From Balanoglossus misakiensis (taxonomy: Eukaryota; Animalia; Hemichordata), in the NCBI GenBank assembly GCA_040954595.2, contig CM082584.2:3662110-3726109 (forward strand): a DNA stretch of 64,000 nucleotides. The letters are read 5' to 3'. The notes beneath the pieces are model-generated. The model had not been told where the DNA came from. It did no database searches and saw only the letters and a list, made by a program, of their open reading frames with translations. The translations under genes were made by a program, and so were the position numbers. Of this stretch, positions 12,681 through 25,793 are shown one piece after another. Position 1 is the first letter of the stretch; every line of letters starts with the position of its first letter.

Positions 12681-15380
12681 ACCCCAATCAATACAAAAAT
12701 GCCATTTTTGGCCACATTTTTGAGGTCAAAAAGGTCATTTTTACAAAAAAAACTAAAAACAAACTGTTTTCTTCATATTCAGAGATCTGATTATGTATGA
12801 AAAGTCCATTCTATGTAAAAAAAAATCTGATTGACCCCATTCTAGTCAAAATTGCGTTTTTGGCAATTTATTGCCTAAAAAGACCTACTTAAGACAAATT
12901 TATCATTTTAAACATTTTCTAGAGAAAAAAATGTTTGCATTTGGAGATAGCCCAAATTGAACTCATAATGATGATGAAACAGCGTCGAGAGTAAAAGAAG
13001 TTATACGAATTGAACCAAAGTCGCATCGATGAATCTAAACACGTCGCCCAGGACCAAGCATTAAACATGATACAGGCGACAAAAAGACAGGCACTGCACA
13101 TGGCAAAGTCCCAAATATTCACTTAGAGCATCTCCAAATTAAAACGTCAAGGAATTTAAGAGTTTTTAGTATATTTATTAGGTTTAAACCCACATTTTCC
13201 CTGTTGTGTGCTAGTTCAGGGGCCAGTTTTAGCTCTATTGAGTATTTAGCATCGTGGGATTGCACCCCTGTCCAATCAAAATGACGGAGGTATCATGATA
13301 TAATATATGATTTTGTATTCCGAACGAAGAGGATAAATGTCAACAATCTATCCGGAGCTGGTATAGATGTACATAAAAAAATTATACCATGTATAACCGA
13401 CTTATAGTATACAGTGTGAATACATGGATCGTCTCGTTTTATTGTTGAGTTCCATTTTAGGCTAAATGTGCCAAATTGTGGCAACTCTGCCTTTCAATAT
13501 CATCAATTCAACTGATATCATATGGTATGACATTTTAAATATGCAAATATAACATCAAAACTCAAAAGGCAAAAAACACCAATTATTTTGTTTTCTGAAA
13601 AAGACAATTGTTGACTAGAAGATGGCTTAGTGGCAATTTTGTATTGAGTGGGGTCTTAATAAGACTGTTGTGTTGGTATCAGCATATTTTTGCAAAAAAT
13701 GGACTTTCCATTCATAATCAAACATTTAAATACGAAGAAAACAGGTAGTTTTCATTTTTTCTTGAAATGACCTTTTTGACCAAAAAATTGCCAAAATGAC
13801 AATGTTGTAGGGCTGAAAATAATTTTTTTTGGAATCGGCTCCCTTTCAACAAAAATGGACCTTCTCCGTACATCATAAGATCTCTGAAAATAAAGAAACA
13901 AGTTTCAAACAGTTACCTTTTTGAGTAAAGTGGCCAAAATGGCATTTTTTACCTCTGTGGAGTCAGTAAGAGTGCTTTTTTGGAAAAATCGCTACTTTTA
14001 AGATAGCATGGACTTTTATTTATTATTAGTTGCAAACATTTTTTTCTATAGAAAATGTTTAAAATGATAAATTAGTCTTAAGTAGGTCTTTTAAGGCAAT
14101 AAATTGCCAAAAACGCAATTTTGACTAGAATGGGGTCAATCAGATTTTTTTTTACATAGAATGGACTTTTCATACATAATCAGATCTCTGAATATGAAGA
14201 AAACAGTTTGTTTTTAGTTTTTTTTGTAAAAATGACCTTTTTGACCTCAAAAATGTGGCCAAAAATGGCATTTTTGTAATGATTGGGGTCAAAAAGACTG
14301 CTTTATGTTTTATAGTCACCATTTTACACATAGAATTGACTTTCCATATATCATCAAATCAATCAATATGAAGAGTAGAGTGTGTTTTAAGTTTTGTCTA
14401 AAAATGACGTTTTTGGGCAAAAAATGGTCAAAAAGGCAATTCTGTCTCGTTTGGGGTCAGTCAGACTGCTTTTTTCGTAATATCATCAAATTTTACATAG
14501 AATAGGCATATCATATGTCATCAGATCTTCGAATGTGACGAAAACAGTGTGTTTTTAGTGATTTCTAAAAATGACCTTTTTGGGTTAAAAAGTGCCAAAA
14601 TGGCAATTTTTTCTTGGGTGGGGTCAGTCAGACTGCTTTTTTCGTAATATCAACCAAATTTTACATAGAATAGGCATATCATATGTCATCAGATCTTCGA
14701 ATGTGACGAAAACAGTGTGTTTTTAGTGTTTTCTAAAATGACCTTTTTGGGTTAAAAAGTGCCAAAATGGCAATTTTTTCTTGGGTGGGGTCAGTCAGAC
14801 TGCTTTTTTCGTAATATCATCAAATTTTACATAGAACAGGCATATCATATGTCATCAGATCTTCGAATGTGACGAAAACAGTGTGTTTTAAGTGTTTTCT
14901 AAAAATGACCTTTTTGGGTTAAAAAGTGCCAAAATGGCAATTTTGTCTTGGGTGGGGTCAATAAGACTGACTTTTTTGGAATCAGCACCACTTTTTACAT
15001 AGAATGGATTTCACAAACCTTCCTTACCATTTTTTTTATTTAAAGGCACCTATCTCCTAGGGTAATAACTTGTCATCATAGTCACTAATTGGTAAGGGTA
15101 CTTGGAAGTATGACGTAATGATGACGTAATTGATTATTATATCAATTTTTTGCAATAATTAGATACTTTACTCAATCAGCTTTCTGTTGATACCAAACAC
15201 ATCACAGTTTTCATCAGTTTTCATCAGTACAATTGCACAGAGACATGTTTTGCAAAACCTCACATTTATAGGTGAACAGAACACCATTTTCGTAAGGGTA
15301 TTTTGACTTATGACGTCACTATGATGTCATGATTTGTCATATCACTTTTATTTTGTAATTAATGGAAAGCTTGTTTATTA

Positions 15381-16232
15381 AAAAGCAAAGTTGCAAATAC
15401 ACGAGTTAAATGTATGATAAAGTAACATACTAGAAGATGCGTGTAATTACATTATGCAAAAATATACTGTAATATTAATTCTGCTTAAGACTGGATTACA
15501 CATATTAAAACATGCACGTGGGAGTGCACGTGGATGTTACTATGGCAACACAATGATGTCCTAGTATGTTACAACTCCGTTCGCTACACAGTGAAATTGT
15601 CTTTCACACTGTGAACATTACAAAACGCCAAGATGTTTCAACGATTGCTAATTTCTCTGTTGTTGCTTTCTTGTGGACGCAGGTCTGAAGCAGGTAAGAA
15701 TACAAGTCTATGATTGAAGAAAACGCGTCAATGATCGCTTCTACAGAAGTATTCAGTCAGCAGAATGCATTTCTTCATAGTTTTAGTTTCCGCTTATATG
15801 AATGTTGGACTAAATATTCTCGTACGCCCTGACCAGGCTAAATTAACATGAGTGTGAACATCTCTTTCATTCATTTGGTCTTTTATGAAGTCACTTGATA
15901 AAATCCTTCATTTGTGATGAGAACTTTAACATTTGGGGAGAGAGTCTCTATATCGATGGTCATGATTCCCGTTATGCTTCCCTTAAAATTAAATTGACTT
16001 GAATCACTGTTAAACTTCCTTTATTAAAAAAAAATTTGACTAACTTTTTATGGACAAATTTACTTATTTTGGCCAAATTTATTGTCTTTGGGAAAATTCA
16101 TTCCACTCTGGTCTGTACCACGCGTTGAAAGAACACTGTAAAATTTCACCTTGTGTCATTCGAATAGCCTGTTTACTCAGCCTGTGACATTTTGGAATAA
16201 GCCTTTCGCGAAATGTCGTTGTGTACATGTAC
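15381..16232 (+). pseudogene. Captured fragment (promoter, exon 1, part of intron 1) of the PAN/Apple gene
   Basis: Near-identical to 18029-18898 and ~49767-50615; includes MFQRLLISLLLLSCGRRSEA followed by donor gtaag (ATG at 15633). Confidence 0.9.
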
Positions 16233-18281
16233 ATTTTAGTGTTTTCTAAAAATGACCTTTTTGGGTTAAAAAGTGCCAAAATGGCAATTTTTTCTTGGGT
16301 GGGGTCAGTCAGACTGCTTTTTTCGTAATATCATCAAATTTTACATAGAACAGGCATATCATATGTCATCAGATCTTCGAATGTGACGAAAACAGTGTGT
16401 TTTTAGTGTTTTCTAAAAATGACCTTTTTGGGTTACAAAGTGCCAAAATGGCAATTTTGTCTTGGGTGGGGTCAATAAGACTGACTTTTTTGGAATCAGC
16501 ACCATTTTTTACATAGAATGGACTTCACAAACCTTCCTTACCATTTTTTTTTTATTTAAAGGCACCTATCTCCTAGGGTAATAACTTGTCATCATAGTCA
16601 CTAATTGGTAAGGGTGCATGGAAGTATGACGTAATGATGACGTAATTGATTATTATATCAATTTTTTGCAATAATTAGATACTTTACTCAATCAGCTTTC
16701 TGTTGATACCAAACACATCACAGTTTTCATCAGTTTTCATCAGTACAATTGCACAGAGACATGTTTTGCAAAACCTCACATTTATAGGTGAACAGAACAC
16801 CATTTTCGTAAGGGTATTTTGACTTATGACGTCACTATGATGTCATGATTTGTCATATCACTTTTATTTTGTAATTAATGGAAAGCTTGTTTATTAAGCT
16901 TTCTTTTGATACCAAATACATCCCTGTTGTTCGAGGTATACGTTCAGAGAGACAGCATTTTACAAGACTAATTTACCCCCCTACGTCAATTTATATGCAC
17001 TTTTAGGCTTTCCTACATACGTTACCCAATATAATTAAGAAGCCAATAACTCGAAAACGCCCCGGTGCCCAGATGGCAAACAAAGTGAATTTTACTCAGT
17101 ATATGATAGGCTTTCAGAAAAACATTGTCTCGAAAATTCCCCCGGGGGAGAGGTAAACCCCTACTGGCTCATGGTCTAAATTATTCAGTAAAAGTAGTTT
17201 GCATAATGCATGTCGGAAACAGTCAGCTATGTAGAAATTCCTCGGGGTGAACAATAATTTTTTTACCTAGGTGAGTGCACGTGGTTGCGGCAGTAGCCCG
17301 CAGCAAAGTTGGTGACAGAGCGATCAGGTGAACAATTAGGCGGTAGTATCATTCAACTTTTACGCCCTCTTTCATAATATGCTGTATACACAATTACTCT
17401 ACGCACTGAGAAATTCCGACGAAGTAAAATGATACATTCGATATACCATAAGCATTGAAGGCGAAATTATAAAATCTAATAACAACACAATGATACTTTC
17501 CTCAGGAGTCTTGTGTCCAGTACGTCTCTGGCAGAGGACAGACATTCACCCCTAGTTCACGTCATTGTGATGTAGTGAATTGCTTCAGAAACCAGAGGAA
17601 TTTGGCTAATAACATATGTCAAATTTTTAGTCAGTTTTGAGTCGTTTTTACAGAAATTGGCTTGAACATCATTAGACAAAAGTCTGTGGATTTTAGCCGT
17701 AAATCAGCGACAGAGATCTGAAAGTACTTCAAAGCTTACAACGCGTTGGCTACACAAAGTACACACTGTTAATAGGATGTGACCACAGTGTGATTTTGAG
17801 ATCGAGTTCTGCATCTTTTTGAAATAACATGGCCTCATAAATCACATATCTACCACCCAACAAACTTGCATCAGATTTCAATATTACGTGACGTTCTTTT
17901 TAATCAGTTCATCACAACACTCTCTGTGTGATTTATGAGAAAGTTCTCGCGTAGTTCCAGGCACACATTGAAAATCTGTTTCCGTATTTTCACTCGTAAA
18001 ATATCGGCGGATATCTTCATTGTCATAACAAAAGCAAAGTTGTAAATACACGAGTTAAATGTATGATAAAGTAACATACTAGAAGATGCGTGTAATTACA
18101 TTATGCAAAAATATACTGTAATATTAATTCTGCTTAAGACTGGATGACACATATTAAAACATGCACGTGGGAGTGCGCGTGGATGTTACTATAGCAACAC
18201 ATCGATGCACTAGTACGTTACAACTCCGTTCGCTACACAGTGAAATTGTCTTTCACACTGTGAACATTACAAAACGCCGAG

Positions 18282-20268
18282 ATGTTTCAACGATTGCTAA
18301 TTTCTCTGTTGTTGCTTTACTGTGGACGCAGGTCTGAAGCAGGTAAGAATACAAGTTTATGATTGAAGAAAACGCGTCAATGATCGCTTCTACAAAAGTA
18401 TTCAGTCAGCAGAATGCATTTCTTCATAGTTTTAGTTTCCGTTTATATGAATGTTGGACTAAATATTCTCATACGCCCTGACCAGGCTAAATTAACATGA
18501 GTGTGATGTGAACATCTCCTTCATTCATTTGGACTTTTATGAAGTCACTTGATAAAATCCTTCATTTGTGATGAGAACTTTAACATTTGGGGAGATAGTC
18601 TCTATATCGATGGTCATGATTCCCGTTTACGGCAAAATGTTATGCTTCCCTTAAAATTAAATTGACTTGAATCACTGTTAAACTTCCTTTATTAAAAAAA
18701 ATATTTGGCTAACTTTTTATGGACAAATTTACTTATTTTGGCCAAATTTGTTGTCTTTGGGAAAATCCATTCCACTCTGGTCTGTACCACGCGTTGAAAG
18801 AACACTGTAAAATGTCACCTTGTGTCATTCGAATAGCCTGTTTACTCAGCCTGTGACATTTTGGAATAAGCCTTTCGCGAAATGTCGTTGTGTACATGTA
18901 AGTTCAACGCGTGCACCAAAAGATTTTTTTCTCCGTGCATATATGATGGATTGATTTTTATTATTTTACTTCAAATTTCTCATTTTTAATGAATGCATGT
19001 TCTTGTCGGTCTCATCAACATGTAACATGAATGTCAAAGTTTTTGATTCAATTGTTTGTCTACGGTAGGATAAAATGTAGTTTTCCACCTTTTTCTCCGT
19101 AACAAAGTGTGAAGGGGGGTCACTGTCTTTGGCCACACCTGGACAATTCCGTGTTAATCCGAGGCTTTTGAACGACGCCTCAGTGATTAACACAGTATCA
19201 TGTATATGGCTCGTTAGTATTATTCATTACAGTGTACTTCATCTGCTTAGTAGGTTGCGATATCGAAGATGGTTACGACAGACCTGAAAGTGATATAAAC
19301 AACGGCCAGTTGAATCGTAAAAACAACGCCGACGAGTGTTGTGATGATTGCAAAAGACATTGTAACTGCCGCTCCTGGACTTACATCAAAGGAAGTGGCG
19401 CGTGTTGGTTAAAGTATTCAGTTCCCAACAAATCACAAATGTCAGATGCTGTGTCTGGAATAGTTACAAGGCGAGGTAAATTTCCTATTAATTAGAAAAT
19501 TAATTCAATTCTTCCAATTACTTAGCTTTGGTTTAGTCTTTACTATCAATCACGTGATCTGGCCATGTGACCCACGGCGTTGTCATTTCCAGGTGACGGG
19601 CAAGCAATATTTTGGCATCCAGTAAAAGTTTTTTTTCCGAGTATGTTTTTACTTTAGAACCGCCTGACACGTAACATGTATCAGGTATGGTGCATCATCA
19701 GCCCCATGGAGTTTCGTCTGCACAGTGTTTGTCTGCACCACGTTGTTGAAGTATCATCTGGAAATTTGAATGCCAACGTAACTGTCACATGAGCGCGTCT
19801 GACGTCATTTGATATCGAAGAATTGAAGTGACTCAGAAAAAAATGACGTGGAAATATTGCTTACGCGAAAATGACGAGGAATGGTACAAACCTTAAAAAA
19901 AACTTCTAAAAAGTTCCGTGTCTAACATCAGCTGTATACCCTATATACCTTATATCAACTTAATTCAGATTTTGCAATATCGTCAGAATTAGCAATTTTG
20001 TGGAAGAAACTTACATGTATTATTAACGTGGGTTGTCATTCTAGACTCCGGCCATTGCAGGAAAGAAGATGGATATAACAGACCTGGAAGCGATATAATG
20101 CATGGGCGGCGTAATCGGAAAGAAAATGCTGACAAGTGTTGTCGTGACTGCCAGCGCAACAATCAGTGTCGTGCCTGGACGTTCGACAAACGCTCGGGCA
20201 ATTGCTGGTTGAAGAACCGTGTTCCAAATAAAATACCACTTTCATATTGTATATCTGGAGTCATTTAA
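18282..20268 (+). CDS. Secreted protein with two PAN/Apple (PAN_4-like) domains, copy 1, ~168 aa
   Basis: Exons 18282-18342 (signal peptide, phase 1), 19254(or 19251)-19475 (CDIEDGYDRPESDI..ECCDDCKRHCNCRSWTY..GACWLK) and 20045-20268 (CRKEDGYNRPGSDI..CCRDCQRNNQCRAWTF..GNCWLK, stop). All GT-AG and in frame. Probable 3'UTR intron ~20284-21026 and AATAAA at ~21243. Confidence 0.88.
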
Positions 20269-22337
20269 CCATGACGATACCAGTAAGTTTATTCAATATA
20301 ACAGCATAGATATATAAAATATTACCGTTATGCACATGCGCATGTCTGCAAAATATAGAGTGATTTGGGATTTTGTCATGACATCAATCTAGCGTTCTCA
20401 CATCCCCTATCCAACGCCAAATTGATGTCATGACAATTTATTAGTTTCACACATCATGTCGCACTTGATCTCTGCGAACTATGTAAAAAAAAAAGACTCA
20501 CACAGTGACACAGACACGTCCATGAAACGCGTGAACAAACCTACCACAACGACCGCCATTTTGAAGACATGACGGCATCAGTACGTTATAAACAAGAAAC
20601 TGCAGGTGTCAGGATATCGGAACGTCTAAAACATGTCAAATGTCACAGACAAGCAAAACATTCAAAAGCACTTAAACGTCGACGAACGGAGCGTAGATCA
20701 CAAAATAATATGTCACGAGTTATTCATCGTCCGGTCAATGCATGTCCCGGCCGATGACGGCTCATAATGCCCTCACTAACAATTTATTTTGTCCACTTCC
20801 CTTGGAGATATAATAATGGAGACCTCTGCTTCCAGAGAAAGTGTCTCGGGGACAGATTGTCAAATTATTGCACTTCCATGAGTTATATGTCGATAGTTAC
20901 ACACACTCGTCAGTGAATGCAAACGTGCAGATGCAAGCTGTACATATATAGCCCACCACACACACGCCATCATCGGCAGCCAACTGATAACGTGCCTGCT
21001 CTATTCTATTTCTTCTCTTCCAACAGGACTGTTCAAGATGTTGGCAACTGATCGTGTCATGTTATAATCGACAGTCTGTTATTTCAACTTCTTCGCAGTG
21101 ATTCTATTATGAGAAGTGATCGTTGATTGACACAACGACTTTTGTCAGTTCATTGCGCCGCGGTCATGTTTTCGGAATTTCTCTTTAATTTCCAAGCTTG
21201 CATTTGGCTTGTAAGAATTGTAAGTAGATATAAGTCTGTGAAAAATAAAATAACAATCAAACCGACTTAAGCTTTGTCTTAATTCATTATCACAATACTC
21301 CTGTGTCGTTAAAATTGCATAATCACAGTGGAGATTTGATTCGTGGCCGATTCGGTGGAAATGGTACAAGGCAATTTTTGGAGTATAACCAAGCGAGTTT
21401 GTTCCTCATTTTGGACACTAAATCAAAATTTCTTCCCAATATGCACGGGAAAGATGTAACAAAGTTTTCAATGACAACAAAGACCAATTTGTGTGGAAAC
21501 AGGCGACCTGGCGGTCAAAACTGACCTTTTAGTGTTTCAGTTATGTAACATTGGGAATACACCGCAGTTGTCTGTCAAATTCGACCTATGAAAGCTGAAA
21601 GAATAAAATTCATCGACAATAATACATGTACAAGTGTTATTCTACGGTAGTTCTCTTTTTGGAGAGAACATAAAGTTTCACGGGACTTGAGCGGCATTTA
21701 CATTGACATTTCTCCATAAAATCGTTTACTTTGTGTTCATTGTCAACAGATGCTGTTCGCAGTGTCGGTAAATTTGACATTCTGTGACATCCATTTAACA
21801 GTGACCTATTTTATGCAGTCGATTCTCCTCAATGCATGTTTTTTTTATTTTGTTCAGCTCCCCTCACGCAGCACGTGTCGCAGTGTTTATCTTAACTAGT
21901 GTTTTAGAAGCTATGACGGCCTCAACAATGTTGGTTTAGTACCGCTATACTGACTGCCCCCCCCCCCCCCGCCATTTAGGTCAATATCCTTACAAATCTA
22001 GCGACCCATACCTGACCCCTTTCCTTAAGCGCAGAGCCTGCGGCGAAAATAGGCCAGGGGACCAGACTAATTTGACCGGCGCGAGTAGCCTATTTCAAAC
22101 CGGGCAATCGTGGTGATTTTTTTCATTTATGCCTTCATGTACATGTATGTGTCATAAAGTGCGAGATTTAGCTGAAGCCACCTGCACCAATCATGTGACA
22201 CTGAAGTTTATCCATCTTCAATCCATCCCTCAATCTATCCACCGCCAATCCATAGATCAGTCTATACATTTATCCACGTGCAACCCAACCACCCAATCCA
22301 GCCATCCACCTGTCCATACATACGTACGTACGCACTC

Positions 22338-22341
22338 ACAC

Positions 22342-22420
<79 letters not shown>
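22338..22420. repeat. (CA)n microsatellite of the histone-unit spacer (also ~27703-27780 and ~55458-55534)
   Basis: Directly visible. Confidence 0.95.
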
Positions 22421-22423
<3 letters not shown>

Positions 22424-22589
22424 TTGAGTGAACAAATGGCAGAGATGGTCAAATTAGTGCCGATTTCTTCATTTCGAGATTCATAATTTCCTTGGTGAAT
22501 GATCCCTCTGCATGATTACTGTCTTATAAGCACGTACGGCGTCTTTTTGAGAGACGCCCGTATTTTGGAGGGCCGGTCTGTGATTATAA

Positions 22590-23159
22590 TAATAATAACA
22601 ATAATAATATTTATTTCTTACACGCACTACACTTACGTCTCAGTGCGAGTTACAAAAGACGGTGATAAAAGAATCATAAAAGCAGCAGAAAAATTAAAAA
22701 GTCTCAGTTAAAATTCCCAATTAAAAGTCCGTCTAAAAAAAAAACCATACAGAAGATGATCCTAAAAAATTCGATCACAAATATGATTGAAAAGATGAGT
22801 TTTTAAACGGCGTTTAAAACAGTCAACAGATCTGCCGTTGCGAATCACAGGCGGCAGCGAATTCCACAGAGCAGGTGCACAAACAGAGAATGCTCTCTGC
22901 CCATATGCCTTATTAAAGTTTCCACGAGGTGGCACCAACCGCAAAGAGTCAGCTGATCTGAGATCTCTGACAGGGGTGTAAATTTCAAGCAAATCGATTA
23001 AATACAGTGGTGCAAAGCGATGAATGATTTTATAGGTAGTTAACAAAATTTTGAATTTGATGCGAGCATCAACCGGCAGCCAGTGCAGATCAATGAGAAC
23101 AGGTGTGATGTGATCGAACTTCCGAGTCCGGGAGACGAGACGAGCCGCAGCAATTTGAA
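22590..23159 (-). mobile_element. 5'-truncated L2/CR1-group LINE
   Basis: ORF2 C-terminus (HITPVLIDLHWLPVDARIKFKILLTTYKIIH...YGQRAFSVCAPALWNSLP..FKRRLKTHLF) with a (TTA)n tail. Flanked by gtgatt(a/g)taa duplications. Empty site at ~27945. Confidence 0.92.
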
Positions 23160-24218
23160 GTGATTGTAACGTGATAACTGCTTATGATCTCGACGATTCG
23201 TAATCTTCGCAGCCATTGCCACCATCCCCAGGTCTTTGTCATTTAGTAAGACCCAAAGATGTTTCTAGAAGTTTTGGCTGGCGACTGTTGATAGCAGATT
23301 GCTAGTAGTAAATGTGTGATCGTGTAAAATAACTGATAAAAAATGTACATTCATGAGACTCGGAAATTCGAAGATAGCTAAATTCAAGGTTAGAATAATC
23401 ACGAATTTAGTTCCTTCTGTCTGTTTGATATGACGTAATTTGCCTAAGTAACAGGTCATGGCGGATTCACGCAGCACAGATATTGCAAATTGTTCTACAT
23501 CAACGAATATGCTTATATGGAACACTTGTGGTGATACAAGCTTATCTTGATTGTTCCGTGATGATGTACAGGTATATGCACAGTCCCCCCCCCCCCCCAC
23601 AGTCCCAATTGACGCTTTTATGTCAAGAATAAGCGTTAGACCAATATGGCCGACGAGATCTCGAAAATCACGAGACGAGCGCGAGATAAGGGTTTGGGGG
23701 CAGCACGTCTGCTAAAGTCACACACTAAATGGAGGTCTACAGACTACTTGTCACTTTTAGGAGTGTCACTGAATGACAATTGCTGACAGGCCAGCGTGTG
23801 ATTGCTTTATCGAAGAAAAAATGGTTGTACTACCACATTCTCTCAAGGGAGAATGTAGTATCCCAAATCATCGACGTCAAACTGCGTTGGTCTTTTTGAG
23901 ATAATCATTGTCAAGGTACCGGTACTTATATTGAGTTTACGGAAATTATAAATGTAGGAAAGTGCTGGTTCACTAAATCAATATAGGGTCTATATGTTGT
24001 ATGCAAATACATATTGTGCCATAGGCCATTAATTATAAAAAAAGCGTTAGCACATTAATTGACATCCTGCTACGATTTATTACTTCATCAAAATCTGACC
24101 TTTTAGTGTTTCAGTTATGTAACATCGGGAATGCACCGCAGTTGTCTGTCAAATTCGACCTATGAAAGCTGAAAGACTAAAATTCATCGACAATAATGCA
24201 TGTACAAGTGTTATTCTA

Positions 24219-24262
24219 CGGTAGTTCTCTTTTTGGAGGGTGTGGTGGCCCTGAAAAGGGCC
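24219..24262 (-). terminator. Histone 3' stem-loop plus histone downstream element (H4 copy 1); equivalent signals follow every intact histone gene
   Basis: Minus strand reads GGCCCTTTTCAGGGCC-accacaccctcc-AAAAAGAGAACTACCG. Confidence 0.95.
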
Positions 24263-24293
24263 GTTTTGTTTGGGTCCAGAAAAGGACGGTGCC

Positions 24294-24659
<366 letters not shown>

Positions 24660-25077
24660 CTATATATAGCCGCATTACGAACGGGTAAGCGAGCATCGTG
24701 AAACATTTACATATCTATACAGTTTGTGGTAATTTGCAAAACAATGCATCTTTATAATAATATGTACTAGTACCACATTTACATTTGGCTATTATAGAAT
24801 TCGGAGTGCCCAATCAGAACACGTTTACAGCGAAATCCGCGCTTCATACAATACTCACGGCATGCACGGTGGAGTGTGTGGCGTGACTATGATATGTTAG
24901 TATCTTGGACGAGCGAAAGAGCGTGCCTCCAGCCAATAATTATAAAATGTCAAAAAGTTTGTGGAATGAAAAAATAATCCGATATGTATATATTTTTGAC
25001 TTATGAGAATCCTATTGATATCAAATTACTGGTTAGAACGATTCATTATCCATCGTATATTTTTAAATTCATTCATG

Positions 25078-25793
25078 TTAGCTGCAATAATTGTAGCTCT
25101 TGTTTTTTTTCTGTTGGGTTTGCGAAAAAAGAGCTACAATGCCTACATGTGTACGTGCCTATTGAAAATCTCCGTATCATAGACTTCACGTGAAATCAAA
25201 CCTCACCGGACCTCACCAGGTGCAAATCGCGACTTGCGAACCCATGGGATATTAATCGTTCCTAACATTCAAACAAAGGTACGAAAATCCACCTGAAAAC
25301 GTCAATAACTGTGATATTTGCTGAAAATTGACCGGGCAGCCTGTCTCTCGTGAGCCATCTTTGATCTCGTTTCTTACCACGTGATCTAACAGCTTCCTCT
25401 GCGTAGTAGATACAAAACCTGAGCAAGATCTCGTATAAACACGGTCACCAAGATGGCCGCCAAGTTTGAAAAAATTGGCGATATTTTACGGATTTCGCTA
25501 TTTTCCTGTACAAACTGTGACATCGGTACTAAATTCACCCCGAAAGCTACGTTTAAAAGCTCGATGGTATGAAATATGCCTGATTTTTGAGGAGGTAGGC
25601 GGAATTTTGACTGATATAAATATATGTGTAGTTACTTCCGGTGCGCGACAATATTGTCGCGCAAATTTCTATTAGTCAACGCCATCTTAGACCTGTAGCG
25701 GTTCCGCCGAGATATCGTCAACATGTCAAAAGAAGGCCTAGATATCGTCAAAATGCCAAAAGAAGGCGGAAAACGCTACAGTTACTGCAGTTA
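25078..25793. mobile_element. Non-autonomous DNA element with imperfect 19-bp TIRs and 8-bp TSD
   Basis: TSD cattcatg at 25070-25077 and 25794-25801; ends (t)tagctgcaataattgtagc and gctacagttactgcagtta. Empty sites at ~30225 and ~57800. Confidence 0.85.

Larger units (their letters stand above)
11085..17178. mobile_element. Non-autonomous Academ-like foldback DNA transposon with ~1.6-kb TIRs
   Basis: Termini TAGACCATGAGCCAGTAGG...CCTACTGGCTCATGGTCTA; 3-bp TSD AAT (11082-11084 and 17179-17181). The left arm to ~12940 pairs with the right arm from ~14031. No transposase ORF. TAG..CTA ends with a 3-bp TSD fit Academ. Confidence 0.8.

Noticed and set aside
12411-14505. Mirror-image ORFs MFYSHHFTHRIDF... 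as a transposase
   Set aside because: Short chance ORFs inside the TIRs with no transposase motifs.
21640-21670. U7 snRNA gene (HDE-complementary sequence on the plus strand)
   Set aside because: It is the leftover H4 3' flank; no Sm site or terminal hairpin follows.
22129-22431. His/Thr-rich ORFs (also 27644 and 55256)
   Set aside because: Translations of (CA)n microsatellites.
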